Of a stretch of 64,000 nt of DNA, positions 1 to 9,644 are shown piece by piece; the first letter of the stretch is position 1, and every line of letters starts with the position of its first letter. The notes under the pieces were generated by a model. It was not told the origin of the DNA and made no database searches. It was given only the letters and a program-made list of their open reading frames with translations. The stretch comes from Vulcanimicrobiales bacterium (GTDB lineage Bacteria > Vulcanimicrobiota > Vulcanimicrobiia > Vulcanimicrobiales > Vulcanimicrobiaceae): assembly GCA_038231455.1 (NCBI GenBank), contig JBBRLI010000003.1, forward strand, positions 32,001 to 96,000. The letters run 5' to 3'. A program made the translations under genes and the position numbers.

Positions 1-1372
1 CAAGCGCGAACGCGCGGCCGTCCTTCCCGAGCAAACGGGTTTGCGGCAGATCGGAAAGTAAATCGGCAATCGCAGTCCCCAAACGTTCGGGACGTTTGGG
101 CGGAACGACGGCGCCATAGCGGTCGACCGCCTCGCGAATGCCGCCGACGTCGGTTGCGACCACGGGTTTCGCGCACATGAGCGCCTCGATGATCGAGAAC
201 GGAAAGCCCTCGGAGATACTCGAGAGCGCGCACACGTGCGCATCGGAATACGCAGAAGCCGGGTCGCGCGTCGGTCCCATCAAGTGGACGGTCGCACTGA
301 GGTCCAGGTCGGTGATGAGTTTCTCGCAGAGCGCGAGATAGTCGGCGTCGGGCGCGGGTCCCCAGATTTTATATTGGACGTTCGGAATGCGCGCGCGCAC
401 GGTCGCTGCCGACGCAATCATAGTCGGCACGTCTTTGAGGGGGTCGATGCGTAAGACCGCGCTTACGGTCGGTACGTCGGGTGAGAGATCGCGGTCGGAG
501 AAACGCGTTTCATCGACCCCGTTGTAAATCACGCGCACGCGATCTTCCGGGACGCCGTAGTAACGCTCCCACGTCGTATTGTAGTTGCAGACCGGGGCGA
601 CCACATCGGAGACCGCGTACGTCGCGCGCGCGATCGCCGAGAACAGGTTCTTTTTGATGATGCGGTCGGAGAACGGAAAACCGGCGCGCGCGAGGGCGAG
701 CACGCGCTCGCGCAAGTACACCCCGTGCTCGGTCAGCAAAACGGGCGTGTCGTTTACTTCCTTTGCCGCGATTGCCGCGATGCCGGTCAAGCCGGCAACC
801 GAGGTATGATACACATCGCACACCGGGAGTTCGATTGCAAGTGGAATGAGATAGCGGTAGAGCGAGCGCACGAGTTCGATCGCTTCGAGCGAACTCATGA
901 ATCGTGCGTGGAACGCCTGCGCGGCAAAAAGCTCCATTGCCATCTCCCAGGTCTCGGAGCGGCGCATCGTCCAATCGTAATCGTGCTCGCGAAAATAGCG
1001 GTAGAGATCACCAATCGTCGTGGTGAGAAGCTTGGGTTCGGCATGTTCGATGCCGCGCAGCATCTGTTCGAGAAACGTGCGGAAGAGCGGCACGAACGTT
1101 TTTCGGAGATCGCCGATGGAACGCGCGCGACGGCTGCCGCCAATGTCGCCCGCGTTGTATTCGGTAAGCCGCTCGTGTCCCCACAATGGTACGGCGAGCA
1201 GTCGCGAGACGTTTTTCGGCAACTGGTATTCGAGATGGCCGGTCGGATTGCCGACGATCGCGTAAATGACGAACTCCACGTCGGGCAAGCCGCGAACCAG
1301 ATCGTCGCACCACGTCGAGACACCGCCGCGCACGTACGGATACGTGCCTTCGGTGAGCAGACAGACGCGCAT
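1..1372 (-). CDS. pelF: PelF-like GT4 glycosyltransferase (DUF3492 N-terminus); 3' end runs off the window
   Basis: Read manually from ATG at 1372 (TGATG overlap with upstream gene): MRVCLLTEGTYPYVRGGVSTW, typical of PelF; later LLTEHGVY and GT4 signature SISEGFPFSIIEA. Confidence 0.8.
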   Translation of the reverse strand, partial: MRVCLLTEGTYPYVRGGVSTWCDDLVRGLPDVEFVIYAIVGNPTGHLEYQLPKNVSRLLAVPLWGHERLTEYNAGDIGGSRRARSIGDLRKTFVPLFRTFLEQMLRGIEHAEPKLLTTTIGDLYRYFREHDYDWTMRRSETWEMAMELFAAQAFHARFMSSLEAIELVRSLYRYLIPLAIELPVCDVYHTSVAGLTGIAAIAAKEVNDTPVLLTEHGVYLRERVLALARAGFPFSDRIIKKNLFSAIARATYAVSDVVAPVCNYNTTWERYYGVPEDRVRVIYNGVDETRFSDRDLSPDVPTVSAVLRIDPLKDVPTMIASAATVRARIPNVQYKIWGPAPDADYLALCEKLITDLDLSATVHLMGPTRDPASAYSDAHVCALSSISEGFPFSIIEALMCAKPVVATDVGGIREAVDRYGAVVPPKRPERLGTAIADLLSDLPQTRLLGKDGRAFAL

Positions 1373-2685
1373 CAGGCGAGCGAGGGCGGACGGTCATCGG
1401 CAATCACCGACTCGTAACTATGGGCAAAGTCCGTCGCCTTTTTCGCGAGTTTTAAGTTGCCCGCGGTAAGGAAGCACCGTGCAGCGCCAAGGTAGCCGTC
1501 TTGAATGCCGCGTGTGTCGTTCGCGGTCTCCGCCCACGACAGATACATTTTCCCAGCCAACCGCAAGAGCTTATTCGACAGATCGAGATGTTGCATCTGG
1601 CCAGCGGCGATCGATGCGCTGCGATAGGCAATCGCCGCGCGCGGAAAGAGCTTCTGCGCATCGCAGCGTTCGGCTTCGTGTAGATAGAGAGCGAGCGCCT
1701 CGCGATGTTTGCCAAGTTGCGAGGCCTCCACGGCTTTCGACCAGACGTCTCCGGTGAAGAGGTCGCTTGGGAGGGGGGCGTCGTTCTTTGGCGTCGTCGC
1801 CTGGGCGGCGGGCGTCACGGTGGATGTCGCGGTCGTCGCGCCGACCGCGACATCTGCGACCGAAGCAGCAACTGGTTCGACGTCGGCGAGGAGTCTGCGC
1901 CAGCGCATTTGCTGTTCGACGCGCGCGACGAGTTCGCGGCTCTCGAACGGTTTGGTCAGAAAGTCTTGTGCGCCCGCTTCGAGTGCGGCGACTTTGTCAT
2001 CGACTTGTGATTGACTCGTGAGCATGACGACGGGGATATTGCGTGTGATCGGATCGGCTTTGAGTTTCGTGATGGTCTCGCGGCCGTCCATGATCGGCAT
2101 GACCCAATCGATGAGAATCAAATCGGGGGGCTGACGTTTCGCGCTCTCGAGCGCGAGTAAGCCGTTGGAAACGTCGTCGACATCGAAGCCGCGACGCGTG
2201 AGCAATAAGCGCAGTAGCGAGCGAATACCGGAGTCGTCGTCGGCGACGAGAATGCGGCCTTTGCTCGGACTCTCGAGTTCCGCAGTCGACCGCGTGAGCG
2301 CGAGCATGGTGGCGAACGCGACCGTATTGGTTTCCAGTTGTGCTGCAAGACCCGGCGAGAGTGCGCCGCTGCCGTACGTTTCGATGAAGCCGTAGCAAAC
2401 GCCATCGGCAAGAATCGGAAGACCGATGAACGCGCCGCCCGGCCGATCGCCTTCAAATCGCTGATCGCCCGCCGTCGCCGCGAGCATCAGTGCCCCCGGA
2501 TCGTTTGCCGCAAGACATTCCGCGACGGCGGCCTGGCGCATTCCGCCTGACTCCGGCGCGTTGCTTTGCGATGCAACGAGTGCCAGTCGGGCACCCGGCG
2601 GTTCGAAGAGCCAAATGCGAACGGCCGCAAGGCCGAAGCTGCGGACTAATTCACGTGCATGCTCGTTTACCGGCGTGTCGATCAT
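1372..2685 (-). CDS. GAF-like + response regulator receiver + C-terminal TPR-like helical protein
   Basis: Receiver motifs ILVADDD, DLILIDWVMP, MLT, DFLTKPF; N-terminal GAF-like segment (LPILADGVCYGFIE); A/T/P-rich linker, then helical repeats. Confidence 0.8.
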   Translation of the reverse strand: MIDTPVNEHARELVRSFGLAAVRIWLFEPPGARLALVASQSNAPESGGMRQAAVAECLAANDPGALMLAATAGDQRFEGDRPGGAFIGLPILADGVCYGFIETYGSGALSPGLAAQLETNTVAFATMLALTRSTAELESPSKGRILVADDDSGIRSLLRLLLTRRGFDVDDVSNGLLALESAKRQPPDLILIDWVMPIMDGRETITKLKADPITRNIPVVMLTSQSQVDDKVAALEAGAQDFLTKPFESRELVARVEQQMRWRRLLADVEPVAASVADVAVGATTATSTVTPAAQATTPKNDAPLPSDLFTGDVWSKAVEASQLGKHREALALYLHEAERCDAQKLFPRAAIAYRSASIAAGQMQHLDLSNKLLRLAGKMYLSWAETANDTRGIQDGYLGAARCFLTAGNLKLAKKATDFAHSYESVIADDRPPSLA

Positions 2686-3635
2686 AAACTGAATCCGATG
2701 CTGATGGTCGGACGGAAGTCCGCATAGGTGGACGTCACGCCAAGTGGAAGCGGCGAACGTTTGATGTACGCACCTTTGAGGGCTTCGACAGAGATAATCG
2801 GCCCGGCTGTACCGAGCGGATGCGCGCGCACGCCGACGGTGAGTTCGACCAGATTGGAGTAGTAGAACGAGCGGGTATCCAGCGTTAGAACGCCGCGCGC
2901 GAACGGTTCGATCGGCCGCGCAAACGTGCCGATGTTGCGCGCCGTTTCAGCCTGGAGATAAGCGACCGTATCGGAGTAGCGGCTGTAGTAGGTGGTGCTT
3001 CCGTAGAAATTGCCGTAGTCGCGTTTACGCTGTGAGGTTGGGCCCCATTCGCGGTAGAGTTGCGCGCCAGCGCGCAGGTCACTGCCGGATGACTGGGCGG
3101 CGAGGGGACCGACGGTAAACGAACGGCCGCCTTGCGCGAAGAGCCGCAGGCCGCTGTGGTTCGTATATTGGAGACCGGCGCTCACAAGACCGTAGTTGTC
3201 GCTGAGCACGAGCGGCGTCGGCGGTTTGCCGTCGGTGCCGTTTCCGGGTGACGTGCGCGAATCTTTTACCAGCGCACCGTCGATGAATGGCCGGATGGTC
3301 GCGTTCGGACTGCCGAGCGGTTTATATGCATCGATCGAGACGATGAGATCGTTGTAACGCGTATCTTGCAACGCATAATTATACGAGTAGCCCGAACGAT
3401 CCGGGACGCGCGAGTGTGGCGATTCCGAGGCGACCGCTGCGGTTGGTGCGGGATCGGGCGATGCGGGAGCGTCCGTCGCGCTCGGACTAGGCGTTGCTTT
3501 CGGCGACGCCGTCGGCTCGACCGGAACGCTTGCGACGACGTCCCCCGTTTCGGTGTCGTCGGCGCGCGCGTAAAGAGACGGCGCAAATGCAAGACCCGCG
3601 ATGAAGACAAAGGCGATGATTTGGCGGAGCGTTAT
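2682..3635 (-). CDS. Secreted protein, probable outer-membrane beta-barrel; predicted ATA start
   Basis: Frame is open upstream of the TTG at 3371 through a P/S/T-rich linker to a signal peptide (ITLRQIIAFVFIAGLAFAPSLYARA-DD); beta-strand-like aromatic-rich C-terminus ending ISIGFSL. Confidence 0.6.
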   Translation of the reverse strand: MTLRQIIAFVFIAGLAFAPSLYARADDTETGDVVASVPVEPTASPKATPSPSATDAPASPDPAPTAAVASESPHSRVPDRSGYSYNYALQDTRYNDLIVSIDAYKPLGSPNATIRPFIDGALVKDSRTSPGNGTDGKPPTPLVLSDNYGLVSAGLQYTNHSGLRLFAQGGRSFTVGPLAAQSSGSDLRAGAQLYREWGPTSQRKRDYGNFYGSTTYYSRYSDTVAYLQAETARNIGTFARPIEPFARGVLTLDTRSFYYSNLVELTVGVRAHPLGTAGPIISVEALKGAYIKRSPLPLGVTSTYADFRPTISIGFSL

Positions 3636-5311
3636 GATGGCGGGTTCACCCGAAAGCGCTGGAGGATGTGCCGCGTTTGTTGGTAGTCGACCGCGACGAG
3701 ACGGTCGCCGCTGGCCGCAAGCGTACGCAGGTTACCCGCGAGCGGAAGACTGGCACCCGTGACGCCCGATTCGCTCGTTGCGATCAAGGCGTGTGCGATC
3801 CGGTCGAACGCGTAGAGCGTACCGTCGATGACGACCGGCCCTGCGAAGCGATTCTGGCGAACGGCATTCCGTTCGGCAAGGACGATTTGGCCGAGCGGCT
3901 CGGCGCGTTCGACATCGATGAGCGTGCCCTCGTCCGTCATGCCGATCGTCTTGCCGTGGTATGACGCCGTTCCGACGAGCCAGTTGAGGACGGGCGGCAA
4001 CGCGCGGCGCGAGACAACGGTTGCCGTCGCACCGGTGAGATGCACGTGGGTAAGATGGGGCGTCGCATGCGGCCACCAACCCGCTTGCTGCACGATCGTG
4101 ACGTCATCACCGCGAACGCTGATCGCGCTGATGAGCGCCGGATATCCGCGCCGATCCGACATGAGTTCATCGATTCGCCACGTACCGAGCACGCGGCCGT
4201 CGGCGTCCAGGTGGTAAAGTTCGGGTTGCACGGACGAGGCGAGATACATCGTCTCTCCGCTGATCGTAATCGGCCCGGGGTCGGCAAAACGGTCGTTTGC
4301 GATCTCGGGTAAAATCGTTCCCGTCGTCTGCAACGCATCGATCGATGCGAACCGGAAATTTGCGCCGACGCCGAGGCGGGGGATTGCGAGGAGATCGTTC
4401 GCGCGCTCGGCCGGAGCGGTGTCGCCCGGGATCGACACCACAAACGCGGCGCTATAGCCTTCCTTGCGCAGCGCATCGAACAGCCGCGACTTGAGATCAG
4501 GTGCGTTCGAGTGACCCGCCTCGAGCTTGGTGAGTGGATCGCCGCCGGCAAGCAATGCGCCATTTTGCCCGAACTCGCCGCTCGGATACGCGAAGAGCGA
4601 GATCGTTGTTTTCAGTTTGGGTTCAAACGTCTGGCGGAAGCGGCGCAGATCCATACGAATGCGCGTTTCGAATTCATCCCCGGTTTCGAGGCGGCGCTGA
4701 TCGGCGAGCCACATTTTGTTGGCGTACCAGTACGGATTTTTCGTGCCGCTCGCATCGACGATGATATTACTGTGGCCCATCCAGCCATGCGACTGAAGCG
4801 TCCACACATCGCCGGTTTGCATCTCTTGCAATTGTGCCGTCGTCAGTCGGCCGGGTTTCACATCCGTGAGGATGCCTTCAAAAAACATCGTCGCCGTCGC
4901 ATGATGTTTTTTCAAGACCGGTGTGCCCTCGGTATACGCGCTTGCATATCCGTCATCGAAGGTGAGGAGCAGGGGCTTTGCAGGCAACGCCGCGGCGTTC
5001 GTCCGATGCGATAAGTATGCCATTGCCGTCTCGAGTGAGATGACGTGATAGCCGTGGGCTTCGGCGTCCGCGAGCACCGCGTCAAATTCGGTCGGCGAAA
5101 TCCACGGCTTTTTAACCTGGTCTTCTCCACCGTTCGCACTGACGATCGGATCGCTCGAAATTTGATGGAACAGCAGTGTCGTGATGGCGATGTCCGGTAC
5201 CGGCACGATCGTCGGTGCGGCCGCCGCCACTTCAAACGGGAGCGCAGCAAGAAGAACGCCCGCAGCAAGCGAGCGCACGAGATGGAGGCTGCGGTCGAGT
5301 CTCACGATCAT
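3632..5311 (-). CDS. Secreted polysaccharide deacetylase (CE4/NodB, PgaB/IcaB-like) with C-terminal beta-rich domain
   Basis: Signal peptide; LLLTFDDGY, QSHGWMGH and FAYPSG CE4 motifs. Confidence 0.85.
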   Translation of the reverse strand: MIVRLDRSLHLVRSLAAGVLLAALPFEVAAAAPTIVPVPDIAITTLLFHQISSDPIVSANGGEDQVKKPWISPTEFDAVLADAEAHGYHVISLETAMAYLSHRTNAAALPAKPLLLTFDDGYASAYTEGTPVLKKHHATATMFFEGILTDVKPGRLTTAQLQEMQTGDVWTLQSHGWMGHSNIIVDASGTKNPYWYANKMWLADQRRLETGDEFETRIRMDLRRFRQTFEPKLKTTISLFAYPSGEFGQNGALLAGGDPLTKLEAGHSNAPDLKSRLFDALRKEGYSAAFVVSIPGDTAPAERANDLLAIPRLGVGANFRFASIDALQTTGTILPEIANDRFADPGPITISGETMYLASSVQPELYHLDADGRVLGTWRIDELMSDRRGYPALISAISVRGDDVTIVQQAGWWPHATPHLTHVHLTGATATVVSRRALPPVLNWLVGTASYHGKTIGMTDEGTLIDVERAEPLGQIVLAERNAVRQNRFAGPVVIDGTLYAFDRIAHALIATSESGVTGASLPLAGNLRTLAASGDRLVAVDYQQTRHILQRFRVNPPS

Positions 5312-5375
5312 ACGAACGGTAACATTGGAAGGCTAGATGGCGCTTCCCGCACGCTTTGCAAAAACTAAACCTCGG

Positions 5376-6716
5376 CTATGCCGCGAGCGGACGTCGCTCC
5401 CAGTCTCCGCTTCGGAGACGCAGCGAGGTGATGAGTGCCCGCGTCCCCCACGCCGCGAACCACGAGATCGGGACTGCCCAAAGGCCCAAATGGGCGACCG
5501 CGATCAAAATGTAGAGCAGCGCAAACACGACGGCGCTCGCGCCGATCCCGACCCACATCGAAAACGTCGTATCGCCCGCGGCGCGGATCGGCGCAAGCAT
5601 CGTCATCCCGTAGCCTTTGAGCGGGAGCGAGATCATGTGGAGCGCGAGCGGTCCGGCGGCCATCGTTGCGAGGGCTCCGTTAAGTGTGAAAAGTGCCGCG
5701 ATCGGCCACGCTCCGGCGGCGACGACAAGTGCGACGCTCCCGCAGACGATGACCGAGAGGCGCGTCGCGCTGCGCCGGAATGCTTTGGCCCCGGCAAGGT
5801 CGCGCGCGCCAAGGCGCTGGCCGATGACGATCTGCGTTGCATCACCAAGGGACCCCGGGAGCGCCCAGGTCATGTCGGAGACGATCGTAAGTGCGCGAAA
5901 TGCGGCAATCGTTTCGGCGCCGTACGGTGCGAGCAGATAGATCGTGACCGCGTCCGGTGCGACGATCAGGGTCAGAAAAACAAACTCCGGAAAACTCAAT
6001 TTTGCGCTCGCGCGTACGAGCGACCAATCGATGCTCCAACTCGCGAAGAGCCGGTATTGCGGACGCCGCGCGGCTTGCCATAAACTGTATCCGAGTCCCG
6101 CGAACTCGGCGACGAGCGAGGAAATGCCCGCGCCGACGATGCCGAGCGGATGGTGCGAACCCAGGCCCAGCGCGAGTACCGCCAGGAGCGGCAAATGGAC
6201 GGCGTTGATCACCAGCAGCGCGCGAATCGACATACGCGCCTCGCCGACCGTTCCAAAGGCAACGATCACCATACCGGTGATCACCATCGGCACGAGTGAG
6301 AACGCGCGCAGCGTGAGGTAGGCCGCGGCGTCGCTGCTCGTCGCGAGTCCGCCGAGCATGAACGACATAAGCGCTTTTCCGAAAAAGAGCGCCGCCAGCG
6401 CCGCGACGAGCGCAATCGAGAGTGGCACGACCACGCCCGCGCGCACGATGCGTCCGAAGCGATCGGGATCGCCTGCGCCGATTGCCTGCGCGCCCAAAAT
6501 GCGCACGCCGCTGCCAAAGGCGAAAAGCCCGATGCCAAGGGTGATGAAGACGCTCGTCGAGGCGCTGATCGCCGCAAGCGCTCCCGCGCCAAACGTGCCG
6601 ATCACGATCGTATCGGCGATGCCGAGAAGCTGATCCGCGCCGATGGCGAGACCGTCGGGCACGGCAAGTCGCCGCAACGCCGCCGCGACGTTGCGGTGAT
6701 CGACGATCATTGACAT
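5376..6716 (-). CDS. MATE family efflux transporter
   Basis: Multiple TM segments; ADTIVIGTFGAGALAA, IGQRLGARD and IRAAGDT MATE motifs. Confidence 0.85.
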   Translation of the reverse strand: MSMIVDHRNVAAALRRLAVPDGLAIGADQLLGIADTIVIGTFGAGALAAISASTSVFITLGIGLFAFGSGVRILGAQAIGAGDPDRFGRIVRAGVVVPLSIALVAALAALFFGKALMSFMLGGLATSSDAAAYLTLRAFSLVPMVITGMVIVAFGTVGEARMSIRALLVINAVHLPLLAVLALGLGSHHPLGIVGAGISSLVAEFAGLGYSLWQAARRPQYRLFASWSIDWSLVRASAKLSFPEFVFLTLIVAPDAVTIYLLAPYGAETIAAFRALTIVSDMTWALPGSLGDATQIVIGQRLGARDLAGAKAFRRSATRLSVIVCGSVALVVAAGAWPIAALFTLNGALATMAAGPLALHMISLPLKGYGMTMLAPIRAAGDTTFSMWVGIGASAVVFALLYILIAVAHLGLWAVPISWFAAWGTRALITSLRLRSGDWERRPLAA

Positions 6717-6718
6717 CG

Positions 6719-7870
6719 CTAGCGCATCAGCTCGTCGAGCGCGCGGAAGAGCGCGTAAATTTCATCGGCGGTCGAATAAAAATGCGGTCCGACGCGAATA
6801 CCGCAGCCCGGCCGGTAATCGACGAAGATACGCCGCTCGATCAGCGCGTGCGTAATACGGGCGCCATCAGAAACGTCGAGGCCGACCCAACCGGAACGTT
6901 TACTCGGATCGCGCGGCGTCGGCGTGCGAATATCACGCGCGTCGGCTTCGGCGAGGAGCAGCGTCGTGAGCGCAATGTTATGCGCGCGAATCGCCGGTAG
7001 TCCGACCGATGCGATCAGCTCGTGTCCCGGCGCTGCAACCAGATACGCGAGCATCGATGGTGTTCCGTTCGTGTAGCGCATCATCGAGTCGGCGTATCGC
7101 ATCGGCGCGGGTTCGAATGCGAATGGCGCCGCGTGGGCCATCCAGCCCGTCGCCGTCGGCGCGAACTGCAGACGACGGTCGGCGCGGACATAGAGAAACC
7201 CGCAACCCGGTCCGCCGCAGAGCCACTTGTGACTCCCGCCGACGGCAAAATCCACATCGAGTGCGACGAGATCGATGGGAATTGCGCCGGCGGTCTGATA
7301 CACGTCGAGCATGACGAGTGCACCGACTTCGCGTGCGCGCTTGACGATGGCGGCCACATCGACGAGCGCACCCGAGACGTAATACGCGTGCGAAAGCACG
7401 ACGAGAGCCGTGCGCTCGGTGATTGCCGCAGCGATGCGTTCGGTTGGGATTGTCATGCCGTCATCGGAGGGCACACACCGGACACGCGCGCCGTGCCGTT
7501 GCCACGCATCCCACACATACGCGAGGGTTGGAAACTGCAAGGCTTCGTAGACGACTTCATTGCGCTCGCCGGAAAAATCCATCGCCGATGCGATCGTCTC
7601 TTGAAATGCTGAGACGTTGGGCCCGAGCGCCATCGTATCGCTCGGCGCACCGAGCAACGATCCAATGCCCGCAGCGATCGTCTCGATCTGCGGCAGCCAA
7701 CGTTCCCACGCTTCGGGACCGTCGTACGACCAATCACTCCAGTACGCCACGAGCGCATCGCGCGCCGCGAGCGGAGCGGCACCCATCGAATGCGAGATCA
7801 GATACGTTGAGCCATCGAGATTGGCAAAGCGGTCGCGCAGAACGGGGGCGGATGGCTCGGTACGGATCAT
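6719..7870 (-). CDS. kynU: Kynureninase (PLP-dependent, class V aminotransferase fold)
   Basis: YLISHSMG, LDVYQTAG, GGSHKWLCGGPG motifs; coupled to tryptophan dioxygenase. Confidence 0.75.
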   Translation of the reverse strand: MIRTEPSAPVLRDRFANLDGSTYLISHSMGAAPLAARDALVAYWSDWSYDGPEAWERWLPQIETIAAGIGSLLGAPSDTMALGPNVSAFQETIASAMDFSGERNEVVYEALQFPTLAYVWDAWQRHGARVRCVPSDDGMTIPTERIAAAITERTALVVLSHAYYVSGALVDVAAIVKRAREVGALVMLDVYQTAGAIPIDLVALDVDFAVGGSHKWLCGGPGCGFLYVRADRRLQFAPTATGWMAHAAPFAFEPAPMRYADSMMRYTNGTPSMLAYLVAAPGHELIASVGLPAIRAHNIALTTLLLAEADARDIRTPTPRDPSKRSGWVGLDVSDGARITHALIERRIFVDYRPGCGIRVGPHFYSTADEIYALFRALDELMR

Positions 7871-8646
7871 ACGTGCGGTATTCGCCCGAGGACGGTCCGA
7901 ACTTCCCAGAGTTCGGGAAAGAATTTCTTATCGAGAGTGGTGTGCAGGTAGCGCGCTCCAAGGGAACCGCCCGTTCCGGGCTTGTCGCCGATCATGCGCT
8001 CGACCATGCGAACGTGCCGTCCGCGCCAAAGCAAGAATCGTTCGTCGAATTCAATGAACGATTCGAGCAAGAGATAGAGATCGTAGTGTTGCGGAGCGTG
8101 CTCGTAAATAATGCGATAGCTCTCGATGAGCGCGTCGTGTTCGGCGCTTGGAAAACCGCGCCGCGCGAGCACCGCTTTTAGTGCGTCGTAAAGTGTCGGT
8201 TGAACGAGGCGTGCCTCGAGTCGCACGCGCTCGTCGCTCGTCGGTTCGAGGAATTTGAGATAGCCCGTTTTTTGTGCACCGCAGAGAAATTCGATCTCAC
8301 GGAATTGCGCGGATTGGAAGCCGCTGGCGGGATTGAGCAACTCGCGAAAAGCGTTGAACTCTTGCGGCGTCATCGTCTCGAGCACATCGACCTGCGTCTC
8401 GAGGATGCGCTGAATCGTGTGAATCCGCTTGAAGTGTTTGCCCGCGACGAGCAGCTCGTCTGCATCGAGGGCGCGCATCGCCGCTTCGATTTCGTGCAGC
8501 GTTTGCCGGAACCACAGTTCGTAGACCTGATGGATGATGATAAAGAGCAACTCGTCGTGATGTGGCGGATTGCTCTGTGTGACTTGCAGCGATAGCAGCT
8601 CGTCGATTTTCAGGTAGGACCCGTAGGTTAGGCGTAAATCATCCAC
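7867..8646 (-). CDS. kynA: Tryptophan 2,3-dioxygenase
   Basis: YGSYLKIDELLSLQ, HDELLFIIIHQVYELWF, ASGFQS, RMIGDKPGTGGS, FPELW. Confidence 0.95.
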   Translation of the reverse strand: MDDLRLTYGSYLKIDELLSLQVTQSNPPHHDELLFIIIHQVYELWFRQTLHEIEAAMRALDADELLVAGKHFKRIHTIQRILETQVDVLETMTPQEFNAFRELLNPASGFQSAQFREIEFLCGAQKTGYLKFLEPTSDERVRLEARLVQPTLYDALKAVLARRGFPSAEHDALIESYRIIYEHAPQHYDLYLLLESFIEFDERFLLWRGRHVRMVERMIGDKPGTGGSLGARYLHTTLDKKFFPELWEVRTVLGRIPHV

Positions 8647-8726
8647 ACGCCGAGGTACGCCGCTGGCGCACGCGATCTCTTGAAATCGCGTGAAACCTCG
8701 TTCCGCAATAACGGCGCGGGTGCGGG

Positions 8727-8957
8727 TTAGCCCTTGGCGGAGAGCGCTTCGAGGGCCGCGAGCCGGAGGCTGAGGCGGTCGGCGTCGAGGGACTCTTTGC
8801 GTTCGGCAAGTCCTTCGCGGATCTCGAGGGCTTCGATGCGTTCTTCGAGCTGGGTGATTACCAGACGCAGAACCGCAACTTCCCCAGGGGTATCATCGAG
8901 CGGAATGCTCGGAATTTGGCGGGCCATAGCGTGCATGGGAACCTGTGGAATCGGCAT
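8727..8957 (-). CDS. Small hypothetical coiled-coil protein
   Basis: 76 aa with heptad pattern (LEERIEALE, LRLAALEAL); fills the gap; TATAAC -10-like hexamer upstream. Confidence 0.5.
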   Translation of the reverse strand: MPIPQVPMHAMARQIPSIPLDDTPGEVAVLRLVITQLEERIEALEIREGLAERKESLDADRLSLRLAALEALSAKG

Positions 8958-9105
8958 TTCGGGCCGCTCAGGCGGCTGCCGGTTCGTCTTTCTTCTGTTA
9001 TACTACCCGCTTTATGACCAACGTGTCGGTGACCTAAGGCGTTCCCAAGCGGTTTTGGGCGCAGGGTAGGGCCAAACTTCGGTAAAGATGGCTTCGCGCC
9101 GGCCC

Positions 9106-9195
9106 GGAGAGATGGCAGAGCGGTTTAATGCAGCAGTCTTGAAAACTGCAGAGCCTTCACGGGCTCCGAGGGTTCGAATCCCTCTCTCTCCTCCA
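9106..9195 (+). tRNA. tRNA-Ser (anticodon UGA)
   Basis: Acceptor stem GGAGAGA/TCTCTCC; anticodon arm GCAGT-CT-TGA-AA-ACTGC; long variable arm; GGTTCGAATCC T-arm; encoded CCA. Confidence 0.95.
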
Positions 9196-9218
9196 TATTC
9201 GCCTCGATTGGAAGCCGC

Positions 9219-9602
9219 TTGGCTGACCGCTACACGTCCGATCAACGCTATCTGCTGGACCACATCCAGTTAGCAATGCCCTCGGGCGAGGAGGATCGCG
9301 CTCGGGCGTTCTTTGTCCAGGCGCTCGGATTCGAAGAGATCCCGAAGCCCGATGAACTTGCAAAACGCGGCGGCGCCTGGTTTCGAAGCGGCGCCGTCAG
9401 CATCCACTACGGTGTTGATCCCGCTTTCGTCCCGGCGAAGAAGGCGCATCCGGCGCTGCGCTGCGTAAACTACGAGGTTCTCACGGTGCATCTCCGGGGG
9501 CTTGGCGTGCGAATCACGCCCGATTCAATGCCGCTCGATGGTAAGGCGCATTGCTACATTGAGGATCCCTTCGGGAATCGCATCGAACTGATCGCAATTT
9601 AG
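9219..9602 (+). CDS. VOC/glyoxalase family protein
   Basis: LDHIQLAMP, GGAWF, HPAL and EDPFGNRIEL motifs. Confidence 0.85.
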   Translation: MADRYTSDQRYLLDHIQLAMPSGEEDRARAFFVQALGFEEIPKPDELAKRGGAWFRSGAVSIHYGVDPAFVPAKKAHPALRCVNYEVLTVHLRGLGVRITPDSMPLDGKAHCYIEDPFGNRIELIAI

Positions 9603-9644
9603 CCGACCAGGGATGAGCGATTCTGAGGAGCTACTGAGTCGCGT

